Source: Thermoplasmata archaeon
Lineage (GTDB): Archaea; Thermoplasmatota; Thermoplasmata; Lutacidiplasmatales; UBA184
NCBI GenBank assembly: GCA_022750375.1
Contig: JAKIVU010000001.1
Span: 96,695 to 157,247 of the forward strand
Direction of reading: 5' to 3'
DNA length: 60,553 nucleotides
The position numbers were made by a program, and so were the translations under genes. The notes beneath the pieces are model-generated. The model was not told the DNA's origin. It ran no database searches and was given only the letters and a program-made list of their open reading frames with translations. This document shows positions 47,401 to 56,156 of the stretch, one piece after another. How positions within the stretch are numbered: the stretch's first letter is position 1; the number at the start of each line of letters is the position of its first letter.

Positions 47401-48387
47401 AACCCACCGCTCGGCGTTACGGCCACGGTGACGCCCGTGAGCAACGTATCGTCCGGAGCCTCCGTCCGCTTCACCGCGACCGTCGTCGGTACCGCGAGCG
47501 AGACGAACGGCGTCGGAGTGGAGTGGAATCTCGGGGATGGCCGTTCGGCGTACGGCAATTCGGTCGCCGAGACGTACTATGGTCCGCTCCCCAGCAGCGC
47601 GAACAACACCATCGCGGGCGGGGTCACGATCCAGACCCCGTTCCTGCAGACCCTCTACACCCTCGGGTTCCACCTCCCGTCGTTCTTCGCTGTCGAGGCC
47701 GGCGGGTACGTGCCCCGGGCGAACGCGCTCCAGGCGACCACCAACGTTTCTCCCAGCGAGAACCTCGTGCCGTTCGCCATCTTCGGCAACGCCTCCGCGA
47801 CCGGGCCGCACCCGATCTCGATCGCCTGGCTGTTCGGCGACGGCACGTCCGGCACGGGCTCCCAGGTCGAACACACGGTGTACGGCGCCCAGGGCTACCT
47901 CGTCGAGACGATCGTGACGGACGGATGGGGGGACGTCGGCACGCTGCTGAGCGGCGTCGCGGCGAACGGCCCGCTCGGGATCGCCGGTTCCCCGTCACCG
48001 GGCGAGGGGCCGAAGCCGCTGACCGTCACGATCGCCGCCTCAGGGTACGGCGGAAAGGGCCCCCCGTACGTGTACGATTGGACGTTCGTGAACGGGAGTC
48101 ACTCGAGCAACCCGACCGCGACGTTGTTCTTCCCGAACATCGGCACCTACGTGGTGCGCATCAACGTGACCGACCGTTCGGGAGCGATGGCGGAGCGGAA
48201 CTTCACGATCCTCGTCGAGTATCCGTTCCCGTACGCCCCGCTCGAGATCATCGCGGGAAGCGCGGCGGTCGGCGGTCTCCTCGCGGTGGCGTTGTACCAG
48301 AACTTGGGGTCCCGCCGAGGGAAGCGCCCCGGCGAACCGTGGCTCGACCACCCACGGACGGCGTCCGATGGGACCCCCGTCTGGTAA
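44470..48387 (+). CDS. Membrane-anchored S53 peptidase with multiple PKD domains
   Basis: Signal peptide, prodomain, EDALDLEW, AASGD, SGTSVGTP, GWDPVTGIGSP; several FGDG...H.Y...G.Y PKD repeats; C-terminal TM. Confidence 0.92.
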   Translation: MRSQFHSCLPIALATVLLLGAVVSAPTGPAGQGAVTPVGGAVAAPVTPQLPMVSPATRGPVEVAPGFQMPEGVTPLGAVPAATRLYVAVGLPSRDPSGLAAFVAAASVPGSAGYRAFLSPGEAQERFGASAQSISAARAYFAGFDLPATTNPDGLLLYVSGPASRIAAAFGTAFDAYRSTSGRTFVSHPTPASLPASLGTNGVFGLGNATPLVPSTVEVPGNAPAPAVACTGPAGGLTPCAIARAYDITPLEANGTDGHGMAIAVVDAYASNEGQTQLTTDLASFAASSSIPVGNVSYLYPVPTSVDLNASGTNIDWAFEDALDLEWARASAPGATVDMTFSPNPDAGLYDAVDWLVSEDAVNVVSMSWGEPDTGVFNAFDQPCKTACNATTDGSYEILDPVLELGTAEGMTFFAASGDCGSADGTSGVATNFPASDPYVTGVGGTDLTVGVNDSYAAETAWSGNATGASSPGCNNQGGSGGGFAPFPEPWWQFGIADGARARGVPDVAMDAENPVAIVFDGGATGVSGTSVGTPIWAGIAALADQYAGKGLGLLTPSLYEILRGPSYATDFHDITAGNNGYAAGPGWDPVTGIGSPIVASLVPDLVRGGGLPGGGLSTTLYASPRSGHVPLAASFAVSASGGTGGYPLEGISFGDGGSALANGTVVVHTYSVPGDYLAQSFVADDTGNTSTSLPVLVTVGGGSLSVALSVSNPIPTVQGLVTLTATAIGGSPPYSYQFYFGDGGSTSPGGASVVHAYQVVGGFCAEVIAVDSANPTDAGTSPRVAVAVGGASTPNCADGSTPFTVAANESAPARDAPADYDQSLFTTSGGASAPDGLAPSTSLASNDSYIAACACEIFRHPGNYTVTEWANDTVDGSANATRNLTVAPALDATFAASTLSGPAPLKVYFFSSTKGGFLADANLTHWTFGNGGSAVGHSVNATYSIPGEYLAFGRLSDQGEGNGSEAFLIDVEPVSTNPPLGVTATVTPVSNVSSGASVRFTATVVGTASETNGVGVEWNLGDGRSAYGNSVAETYYGPLPSSANNTIAGGVTIQTPFLQTLYTLGFHLPSFFAVEAGGYVPRANALQATTNVSPSENLVPFAIFGNASATGPHPISIAWLFGDGTSGTGSQVEHTVYGAQGYLVETIVTDGWGDVGTLLSGVAANGPLGIAGSPSPGEGPKPLTVTIAASGYGGKGPPYVYDWTFVNGSHSSNPTATLFFPNIGTYVVRINVTDRSGAMAERNFTILVEYPFPYAPLEIIAGSAAVGGLLAVALYQNLGSRRGKRPGEPWLDHPRTASDGTPVW

Positions 48388-48426
48388 CTTCGGCCGTCGA
48401 CCGCTCGACCGGGACCACCGCGTCGC

Positions 48427-49770
48427 TCAGAGGAGCCGCGGAACGACGAACTGCCAGACGAGGAGGACGAGTACCAGGAGAGACGAGGCGGCGACCGCCC
48501 GGGTGCCGAACTCCTCGAGACGGGCTTCGCTCCATCCTTTGCGGAACCGTGCGGCGACCGAGGCCGCGAAGTCGCGGAACAAGAGCCCGCCGTCGAGCGG
48601 GACGAGCGGGAGCGCGTTCGAGAGCCCGAGCAGGAGGTTCATCCAGGCGAGCCAGTAGAGGATGTTCGCGGCGACCCAGAACGCGGACGGGTTGGCGTTC
48701 GCAAGCGGCCCCGTAAGATGGTAGAACTGGGTCGTCGACCCGCCGACCGGTTCGAGTGTCGCGAGCGGCAGGACGAGCCAGTCGATCGAGCCGATGAGCG
48801 GCCCCGACGGACTCCCGAGCGGCCAGACGAGCGAGTTCCGTAGTTCGCTGGGAGTGAGGAACGATACGCCGACCCCGAGGAATCCCCGGGTGGGCACGGT
48901 CGGGTTCGCGGCGAGCGTCACGTTCGTGAAGACGAGACCGCCCGTCGTGGTGGAGAAGTAGACGACGGGGACGACCTCCCCCGGGTGGGTATTCTCGAGG
49001 GACGACTCGAACAGCGTGTTGTTGGTGGTCATTGTCCCGTTGATGGAGACGATGATGTCGCCGGGAACGAGCGTCGCGTTCGCCGCAGGCGTGCCCGATT
49101 GGACCAGCGCGACGCCGACGCCGTTGGCATTGGGCGCGACCGACGAGGCGATGAGAAGTGACAGGGCGACGAAGAACAGCACCGTCAGTCCGAAGTTCGC
49201 GAGGATCCCGGCCGCCGCGACCCGGTCCCGCTTCCGGCGCGACGCCGCCTGCATCTCCGCATCGTCCTGCTCGACGAACGCTCCGACCGGAACGACGCAC
49301 CAGAGGATGCCGAGCGTTTTCACGCCGATCCCCTGGGACCGGGCGACGACCCCGTGGGCGAGCTCGTGGAGCACGATCCCGACGACGAGAGCGACGATGC
49401 CGTAGCCGATCGGGATGATCGGGTTGATCCCCGGAAGCCCGAGCGCCTCGGTGACCGGCGGTGCCGTCGACGGGTTGAGACGCAGGGAGAGGACCGCGTC
49501 GATCACGAGCAGGACGAGGATGCTGCCCATCGCGACGACCGCGAGAGCGATCCCGAGGTCCGCCGCGGCGGTCCAGAACCGCCGGAACCTCGCCCAGCGT
49601 TCGAGGGCGGAGCGGCCTCGCTTCGTCTTGATCATCAACGCCGGCCCGAGCAGGGAGAGAGCGCGGTCCGGGCCGATGTACCCGGCCCGATAGAGGAGGT
49701 ACACGGCGACGGCGTACGCGACGACGACGACCAGGGCGATCTCGTAGCCGAGATACGGGTCCAACGACAC
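48427..49770 (-). CDS. Site-2 protease (M50 family) with PDZ domain
   Basis: LHELAHG (HExxH), GAFVE, PDZ (TPA...L.PGDIIVSING), NALPLVPLDGG. Confidence 0.93.
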   Translation of the reverse strand: MSLDPYLGYEIALVVVVAYAVAVYLLYRAGYIGPDRALSLLGPALMIKTKRGRSALERWARFRRFWTAAADLGIALAVVAMGSILVLLVIDAVLSLRLNPSTAPPVTEALGLPGINPIIPIGYGIVALVVGIVLHELAHGVVARSQGIGVKTLGILWCVVPVGAFVEQDDAEMQAASRRKRDRVAAAGILANFGLTVLFFVALSLLIASSVAPNANGVGVALVQSGTPAANATLVPGDIIVSINGTMTTNNTLFESSLENTHPGEVVPVVYFSTTTGGLVFTNVTLAANPTVPTRGFLGVGVSFLTPSELRNSLVWPLGSPSGPLIGSIDWLVLPLATLEPVGGSTTQFYHLTGPLANANPSAFWVAANILYWLAWMNLLLGLSNALPLVPLDGGLLFRDFAASVAARFRKGWSEARLEEFGTRAVAASSLLVLVLLVWQFVVPRLL

Positions 49771-49866
49771 TCCTCGGCGGAGACACGCCGGGCTGAGGTT
49801 ATAGTGTCTTTCGACGACCGGCGACCCTTCGTCGGTCGACGGCGGACGGGAGGGACCGCGGAGGGG

Positions 49867-51318
49867 TTACCCCTTCACGACCCCGAGCGGGACCAGGCGG
49901 GCGACGCGACGCGTGAGGCCCGCCCCTTCGGCGACCCGCACGACCTCCTCCACGTTCTTGTAGGCGCCCGGCGCCTCCTCGGTCACGCCCTCGCGGGACG
50001 CGGAGCGGACGATGATCCCTTTGCCCGCCAGGCTGCGGGTCACCTCTTCAAACCGGAACGTGCGGACCGCCGCCTTCCGGGAGAGCCGTCGACCGGCGCC
50101 GTGGCAGGAAGAGCCGAACGACCGTTCCATCGCGGTCGGAAGACCGGCGAGCACGTAGCTCGCGGTACCCATGTCGCCCGGGATCAGGACCGGTTGACCG
50201 AACCGTCGGTAGGCCAACGGGACCTCGTCCCGCCCGGCGGGGAAGGCACGGGTCGCCCCCTTCCGGTGGACGAGGAGCCGCTTCCGCCCGCCGTTGACCG
50301 CGTGCTCCTCGACCTTCGCCATGTTGTGCGAGATGTCGTAGACGACCGAGAGGTCGAGCTCCTCCTCCGTTCGGGCGAACTCCGCCGAGAACGCGCGACG
50401 CACGCCGTGCGTCATCGCCTGCCGGTTGGCCCACGCAAAGTTCGCGGCGGCGGCCATCGCGCGGAGGTACCGTTGGGCGGGCTCGGACGAGATCGGAGCG
50501 CACGACAGTTGCCGGTCGACGAGCGTGATCCCCTGGCCGGCGAGGCCCCGGTCCATCTCCTGAATGTAGTCGGTCGCCACCTGGTGCCCGAGCCCCCGGG
50601 AGCCGGTGTGGAGCATCACGACGACCTGGCCCGACGCGAGCCCGAGCACGGGGGCGAACTCGGGGTCGAACACCTCGTCGACCGCCTGCACCTCGAGAAA
50701 GTGGTTGCCCGACCCGAGCGTGCCGAGCTGTTTCAAACCCCGCTTTCGCGCGCTCTCGGAGACCGCCGCCGGGTCTGCGCCGGCGAGACAGCCCTGCTCC
50801 TCCTGGACCTCGAGGTCCGCCGACCGACCGAGCCCGTGCTCGACCGCCCAGCGGGCCCCTCCGGCGAGGACCTCCTCGACTCCCGAAGGGGAGAGGGGAT
50901 GCCCTCCGCGCGAACCCACGCCCGACGGGACCTCGCGATACAGTCGCTCGAGGAGCGACGCGAGATGCGGGCGGACCTCCTCGGTCCGGAGCGACGTGCG
51001 GATCAGGCGGACGCCGCAATTGATGTCGTACCCGATCCCGCCGGGGGACACGACCCCTTCTTCGAGGTCGAACGCGGCGACGCCGCCGACGGGGAATCCG
51101 TAGCCGAAGTGGATGTCCGGCATCGCGAGGGCGTAGCGTTGGATGCCCGGGAGGGTCGCCACGTTGGCGAGCTGGGCGAGGGAGGGGTCGCCGGCGACTC
51201 CGGAGAGCAGCGCCGCATTGGAGAAGAGGAGTCCCGGGACGCGCATACCGGCGACCGCGTCCTGCGGGATCTCGTAGGTGAACTCGTCCCGCTGGACGAG
51301 CGTTGGCACGCTCGGCAT
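49867..51318 (-). CDS. rtcB: tRNA-splicing ligase RtcB
   Basis: MPDIHFGYGFPVGGV, GYDINCGVR, GSGNHF, HTGSRG.GH, HRKGAT, HGAGR. Confidence 0.97.
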   Translation of the reverse strand: MPSVPTLVQRDEFTYEIPQDAVAGMRVPGLLFSNAALLSGVAGDPSLAQLANVATLPGIQRYALAMPDIHFGYGFPVGGVAAFDLEEGVVSPGGIGYDINCGVRLIRTSLRTEEVRPHLASLLERLYREVPSGVGSRGGHPLSPSGVEEVLAGGARWAVEHGLGRSADLEVQEEQGCLAGADPAAVSESARKRGLKQLGTLGSGNHFLEVQAVDEVFDPEFAPVLGLASGQVVVMLHTGSRGLGHQVATDYIQEMDRGLAGQGITLVDRQLSCAPISSEPAQRYLRAMAAAANFAWANRQAMTHGVRRAFSAEFARTEEELDLSVVYDISHNMAKVEEHAVNGGRKRLLVHRKGATRAFPAGRDEVPLAYRRFGQPVLIPGDMGTASYVLAGLPTAMERSFGSSCHGAGRRLSRKAAVRTFRFEEVTRSLAGKGIIVRSASREGVTEEAPGAYKNVEEVVRVAEGAGLTRRVARLVPLGVVKG

Positions 51319-51435
51319 GGCGGGCGCCCATTCGCGGCCGCTATTATAGTCGCTCGGCGGCGCGGGTCGGAGGACGCCCGCAGGCCAAAGGAGAAGAGCG
51401 TCACGCGACCTTCCTCCGGGTGGCCCGGGTCGTCG

Positions 51436-51780
51436 ATGCAGCTACGCACTCTGCTCACGCTCGTGAACTTCGCCACGATCGCCGCGGCGGTCGCTGTCCT
51501 GCTGGCGTACCCCCAGTGGGCGGGGTACGCGTTCTACATCCTGCTCGGATGGATGTTCGTCAGTCTCGCACTGATCTACTCGCCGTGGGCGAACCGTCGG
51601 GTCGGCCCCGCCGCGAGCGCCGGTCCTGGCCTCGGCGTTTCGCCGGACGCTCCTCTGTCGGCGGGATCCGGCCATGAACACGCGAGCTCGATCGGATTCT
51701 GCATGTACTGCGCCGCTCCCCTCGAACCGGGGACCGCGCGATGCCCGGCGTGCGGTCGCTCGCTGCCACACTTTTCGTAA
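51436..51780 (+). CDS. Small membrane protein with C-terminal zinc ribbon
   Basis: MQLRTLLTLV..., two TM helices, FCMYC...RCPACG. Start ATG 51436. Confidence 0.75.
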   Translation: MQLRTLLTLVNFATIAAAVAVLLAYPQWAGYAFYILLGWMFVSLALIYSPWANRRVGPAASAGPGLGVSPDAPLSAGSGHEHASSIGFCMYCAAPLEPGTARCPACGRSLPHFS

Positions 51781-51790
51781 CGGACCCGAG

Positions 51791-52348
51791 CTAGGGGGGA
51801 GCCCCTTCCGTCGCGACGAACAGCATCGGCTCTTTGGCCCGGGCGTTCGCGCCGGGGCTGACCGCGAGGCCGCGGACGACCCCGTCGACCGGGCTCGTCA
51901 ACTCGTTCCGCATCTTCATCGCTTCGAGGACGAGGAGCACGTCACCCTTGCGCACGCGGTCGCCCTCTTTCACGCGGACCTCGATCACTTTTCCCGGCAT
52001 CGGCGGAACGATCGGCGCGCCGGCGCGGGACGGGGCTCGGGGAGGAGGAGCCGTCGTCGGTAGCGCGGGCGACCGGGACGGTGCGCCGGAGCTCGGGCTT
52101 ACGGCGCTGCGCTCGATCCCGACCTTCCACCGTTCGCCGTTCACGTCGACCGGCCCGGGGGGTTCTGGGAAGTGATCCGGCCAGTTCTCGACCAGCACGC
52201 GTTCGCCCGCGACCTCGAGCTCGACCGCGGTCGGGGTCGCGCGCACGACCGTCACCGGGTACCGCTCGGCACCGACGGTCACGGCGTCGCCTCCCGGGGC
52301 GACCTCGACGGTCGTCGACCTACCGTCCCGCTCGACGATGATTCGCAT
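51791..52348 (-). CDS. Biotin carboxyl carrier protein with N-terminal beta-rich (BT-barrel-like) domain
   Basis: PMPGKV, LEAMKMRNE biotinylation site, Pro/Ala/Ser linker, about 80-aa N-terminal beta domain. Start ATG 52348. Confidence 0.92.
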   Translation of the reverse strand: MRIIVERDGRSTTVEVAPGGDAVTVGAERYPVTVVRATPTAVELEVAGERVLVENWPDHFPEPPGPVDVNGERWKVGIERSAVSPSSGAPSRSPALPTTAPPPRAPSRAGAPIVPPMPGKVIEVRVKEGDRVRKGDVLLVLEAMKMRNELTSPVDGVVRGLAVSPGANARAKEPMLFVATEGAPP

Positions 52349-53852
52349 CGACCCACCTCCGTTGCGATTGCAGGCGGGCGCGACCTTCGTGCGCCCAAGG
52401 GCTGAGCCCACCGGTCGCGGGGGCGTTCGCCGGTGCGATCGTCGGCGGGGGCGAGGGGGCCCGGAGCGCGCCGACCACTCCCAGGGCCGCGCTCGTGAGC
52501 ACATCGGAGGAGAGCCCCCGGTCGATCGCGGTCCGGTACGACCGGTAGACGATAGGAAAGAGGGCGTAGGAGAGCGCTTCGGCGTCGTCGGCCGCTGGGA
52601 CGAGCACCCGCACCTCGGCGAGCATTTTCTCGAACTCGGGGGGGAGAAGGTCCGCTGGGCGGCCCGTGATCGCGGTCACGCCCTCGGTCAGGACCTTCGC
52701 CCGTAGGTCGGGGTCGATCGGCGCCGGCGGGGTCCCGTAGAGGCCCCGGACGTAGTCCCGCACTTCCTGGGTGATCTGCCGATAGCGACCGCCGGTCAGC
52801 ACGTTGAGCACGGCCTGGATCCCGACGATCTGGCTCGTCGGGGTAACGAGGGGAGGGTACCCGAGGTCGGCGCGGACCCGGGGGACTTCCGCTAGCACCT
52901 CGGTGAGACGGTTCAGTGACTCCTGTTCCTGGAGTTGCGAGAGGAGGTTCGAGAGCATCCCACCGGGCACCTGGTGGGTCAGGATCCCCGGGTCGGTCTG
53001 CAGGGAGCGGATGTTGAGCAGGGGGCGATACCGGTCCAGCACGGTTCCGAAGTAGGTGGCGAGGTCGGCGAGCGCGTGGAGGTCGAGGTGGGTGTCGAGG
53101 GCGGTGTGCTGCATGGCACCGACCAGCGTTTCCGTGGGGGGTTGGGAAGCTCCGCCCGAGAACGGGCTGAGGGCGCTGTCGACCGCGGCGGCACCGGCTT
53201 CCGCGACGGCGAGGCAGGTCATGGTGGACATGCCGCTCGACGAATGCGTGTGCACGACGACGGGCAGGCCGACCTTTTTGACGAGCGCCCGTACGAGGGC
53301 GGCGCCTTCGGTCGGCGGGAGAAATCCCGCCATGTCCTTGACGCAGAGCTCGTCGGCCCCCATCGCCGCGAGCCGTTGGCCGAGCTCGACGAACGCCGGC
53401 AAGGTGTGCACGGGGGATTGGGTATAGCAGATCGTCGCCTGTGCGCGAGCGTCCACGGCCCGGACCGCGTCGAGGGCGACCTCCATGTTGCGCGGGTCGT
53501 TCAGCGCGTCGAAGACGCGGAAGATGTCGATGCCCTGGGCCGCCGATTCGGCAACGAACTTTCGGACCAGGTCGTCGGCGTAATGCCGGTAGCCGACGAG
53601 GTTCTGTCCGCGGAGCAGCATCTGGAGGGGCGTCTTCGGCATCGCCCGCTTCAGGAGACGGAGCCGTTCCCACGGGTCTTCCCGAAGGAACCGGAGGCTG
53701 ACGTCGAACGTCGCGCCTCCCCATACCTCGATCGAGCGGTAGCCGATCGCGTCCAGCCGTTCCGCCGCCGGGAGCATGTCCCGCGTCCGCATCCGCGTCG
53801 CGATGAGCGATTGATGCCCGTCGCGCAGGACGGTCTCGGTGATGCCGACCAT
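52320..53852 (-). CDS. Pyruvate/oxaloacetate carboxyltransferase (transcarboxylase 5S / OadA / PycB type) without biotinyl domain
   Basis: VLRDGHQSL.ATRM, WGGATFD, EDPWERL, QMLLRGQNLVGYRHY, KDMAG, HTH, VPGGMLSN, GYPPLVTPTSQIVG; no MKM motif. Confidence 0.93.
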   Translation of the reverse strand: MVGITETVLRDGHQSLIATRMRTRDMLPAAERLDAIGYRSIEVWGGATFDVSLRFLREDPWERLRLLKRAMPKTPLQMLLRGQNLVGYRHYADDLVRKFVAESAAQGIDIFRVFDALNDPRNMEVALDAVRAVDARAQATICYTQSPVHTLPAFVELGQRLAAMGADELCVKDMAGFLPPTEGAALVRALVKKVGLPVVVHTHSSSGMSTMTCLAVAEAGAAAVDSALSPFSGGASQPPTETLVGAMQHTALDTHLDLHALADLATYFGTVLDRYRPLLNIRSLQTDPGILTHQVPGGMLSNLLSQLQEQESLNRLTEVLAEVPRVRADLGYPPLVTPTSQIVGIQAVLNVLTGGRYRQITQEVRDYVRGLYGTPPAPIDPDLRAKVLTEGVTAITGRPADLLPPEFEKMLAEVRVLVPAADDAEALSYALFPIVYRSYRTAIDRGLSSDVLTSAALGVVGALRAPSPPPTIAPANAPATGGLSPWAHEGRARLQSQRRWVDANHRRAGR

Positions 53853-53868
53853 GATCGACGACCCCGCG

Positions 53869-55419
53869 TTAGAGTGGGATGTTCCCGTGCTTCTTCGCGG
53901 GCCGGTCGTCGCGCTTCGAGGAGAGCATCTTGAGGCCAGCGACGAGGCGTGCCCGGGTCTCGGCGGGGTCGATCACGTCGTCGATGTACCCCCGCTCGGC
54001 GGCAAGGTACGGATTCAGGAACTCGGTCCGGTAGTCGGCGATGAGCCGTGCCCGAAGCGTCTCCCGGTCGGCCTCGGGGGTCCGGTCGAGCTCGCGGCGG
54101 TAGAGGATGTTGACCGCCCCATCGGCGCCCATGACGGCGATCTCGGCCGTCGGCCACGCCAGGTTCAGGTCTCCTCCGAGGTGCTTCGAGCACATCACGT
54201 CGTACGCCCCGCCGTACGCCTTCCGTAGGATGACCGTCAGCAGCGGGACGGTGGCCTCGGCATACGCGTACAGCAGCTTCGCCCCGTGACGGATGATCCC
54301 CCCGTGCTCCTGGGCCGTGCCGGGGAGGAAGCCGGGCACATCCACGAACGTGAGGAGCGGGAGATTGAACGCATCGCAGAACCGGACGAAGCGGGCCGCC
54401 TTGGTGGAGGCGTTGATGTCGAGCGTCCCGGCGAGGGCGCCCGGATTGTTCGCGACGACGCCGACCGGATGGCCCGCGAGCCGTGCGAATCCAACGACGA
54501 TGTTCGGGGCCCAGGTGCTGTGCACCTCGAGGAGCGTCTCGGGGTCGAGGACCCGGGCGAGTACCTCGTGCACATCGTAGGGTGCGTTCGCGTTCTCGGG
54601 TACGATTTGGGGGAGCTCGGACGCGGCCGAGTCCGGCGGCGACGTCGCCGCGGAGACCGGGGGCTCCTCCAGATTGTTGAGCGGCAGGTAGGAAAGGAGG
54701 TGGCGCGCGAGGACAATTGCGTCGGCGTCGGAACCCGCCGTGAAGTGGGAGACCCCGCTCAGGGAGGCGTGGGCGTCCGCGCCCCCGAGCGCGTCCATCG
54801 TGACCTCCTCGCCGGTGACGGCACGAACGACGTCCGGCCCCGTGATGAACATCTGCCCGGTGCCTTCCGCCATGATCACGAAGTCGGTGATCGCGGGCGA
54901 GTAGACCGCCCCGCCGGCGCACGGGCCGAGGATGAGAGAAAGTTGAGGGACGACGCCCGATAAGGAGACGTTCCGGAAGAACACCTCACCGTACCCACCG
55001 AGGCTCATCACCCCCTCTTGTATGCGCGCGCCCCCGGAATCGTTCAACCCCACGATCGGGACGCCGGCCTTGCGGGCCGTTTCCATGACCTTGACGATCT
55101 TCATTGCGTGAGCCTCCCCGAGCGCCCCTCCGAACACGGTCGCGTCCTGGGCGAAGGCGCATACCGGACGCCCCTCGACCTCCCCCCATCCGGTGACCAC
55201 CCCGTCCCCCGGAGGTCGTCGGTCGGCGAGACCGAACTTCTCGACGCGGTGCGTGACGAACGGGTCGATCTCCGTGAACGTCCCCGGGTCGAAGAACGAC
55301 TCGAGCCGCTCGCGAGCGGTGAGCTTCCCTGCCGCCCGGTGTTTCTCCACGCGGTCGGCGCCCCCGCCCTCGCGCGCCTTGCGCTTCAGGACCGTCCACC
55401 GGTCGAACGCTTCGCTCAT
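53869..55419 (-). CDS. Acyl-CoA carboxyltransferase (PccB / transcarboxylase 12S / MmdA type)
   Basis: GKLTARER, DSGGARIQEG, GPCAGGAVYSPA, DVPGFLPG..QEHGGIIRHGAKLL, RKAYGGAY, KKHGNIPL. Start ATG 55419. Confidence 0.95.
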   Translation of the reverse strand: MSEAFDRWTVLKRKAREGGGADRVEKHRAAGKLTARERLESFFDPGTFTEIDPFVTHRVEKFGLADRRPPGDGVVTGWGEVEGRPVCAFAQDATVFGGALGEAHAMKIVKVMETARKAGVPIVGLNDSGGARIQEGVMSLGGYGEVFFRNVSLSGVVPQLSLILGPCAGGAVYSPAITDFVIMAEGTGQMFITGPDVVRAVTGEEVTMDALGGADAHASLSGVSHFTAGSDADAIVLARHLLSYLPLNNLEEPPVSAATSPPDSAASELPQIVPENANAPYDVHEVLARVLDPETLLEVHSTWAPNIVVGFARLAGHPVGVVANNPGALAGTLDINASTKAARFVRFCDAFNLPLLTFVDVPGFLPGTAQEHGGIIRHGAKLLYAYAEATVPLLTVILRKAYGGAYDVMCSKHLGGDLNLAWPTAEIAVMGADGAVNILYRRELDRTPEADRETLRARLIADYRTEFLNPYLAAERGYIDDVIDPAETRARLVAGLKMLSSKRDDRPAKKHGNIPL

Positions 55420-56156
55420 GCGACTCCCTCCACACGAACATCTCCGGCTCTTATCGCCACCCGCTCGCCGTCGCCATCCAGGAGCAGCTCCCCCTCCTCG
55501 CCGAGGCCGACGATCGTCCCGGAGTCTTGGCCGTCCACGGCCGCTCGGCGTCCCACCCCGAAGAGCCAACGGCGGCACAACTTTCGGGTCGCTTCGGCCC
55601 CCCCGGTCCCCTGCAGTCCGATCGCCGCGCGCATCGCCGAGCGCACGACGACCGTCTCGACCGCATCCAGTGATGGGGGGGACCCGACTATTTCGGCGAG
55701 TGACGACGCTCGGTCTCGCAGTTCGCCCGGAAACTGATCGCGGCGGGTCGTGACGTTGACCCCGATCCCGGCCACTTCGACGGCCGCCCCGGGAGGGTCG
55801 ACGACCCGGTCGACCAGGACCCCCGCGACTTTACGGGCCGGAACGGAGGGGCGGGTCACGAGGAGGTCGTTGGGCCACTTGACCGAGAAGCGCGCGGAGT
55901 ACTGGTCCGTGAACTCTTGGGCGAGCCGCGCGCCGAGTGCGAGCGGGAGCCAGGTGAGGTGCTCGGGCGGTGCGCGGAGGAGGATCGACACGTAGAGGCC
56001 GCCGGGAGGAGAGGTCCACGTGTGGTCGAGGCGCCCCCGTCCGTGCGTTTGTTGCCGCGCGACGACCCGGGTCCCCTCGGGTGCGCCCGTGCGCGCGAGC
56101 TCGATCGCTCGGTCCTGCGTGGAGGAGAGCCGATCGTGAAACTCTCGAGGACCCAT
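55416..56156 (-). CDS. birA: Biotin protein ligase (no HTH)
   Basis: STQD, QTHGRGR...W.SP.GGLY.S, VKWPNDL, KVAGVL, GIGVN. Start ATG 56156. Confidence 0.93.
   Translation of the reverse strand: MGPREFHDRLSSTQDRAIELARTGAPEGTRVVARQQTHGRGRLDHTWTSPPGGLYVSILLRAPPEHLTWLPLALGARLAQEFTDQYSARFSVKWPNDLLVTRPSVPARKVAGVLVDRVVDPPGAAVEVAGIGVNVTTRRDQFPGELRDRASSLAEIVGSPPSLDAVETVVVRSAMRAAIGLQGTGGAEATRKLCRRWLFGVGRRAAVDGQDSGTIVGLGEEGELLLDGDGERVAIRAGDVRVEGVA

Noticed and set aside
45049-47874. 941-aa - strand ORF
   Set aside because: Antisense to the S53/PKD gene; an artefact of biased codon usage.
49354-51435. N-terminal part of the 808-aa + strand ORF 49354-51780
   Set aside because: Antisense to rtcB and the S2P gene; only the part from ATG 51436 looks like a real protein.
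51791-55419. Na+-translocating oxaloacetate or methylmalonyl-CoA decarboxylase interpretation
   Set aside because: No membrane beta subunit or TM-anchored gamma/delta subunit in the operon; disfavoured but not excluded without the whole genome.
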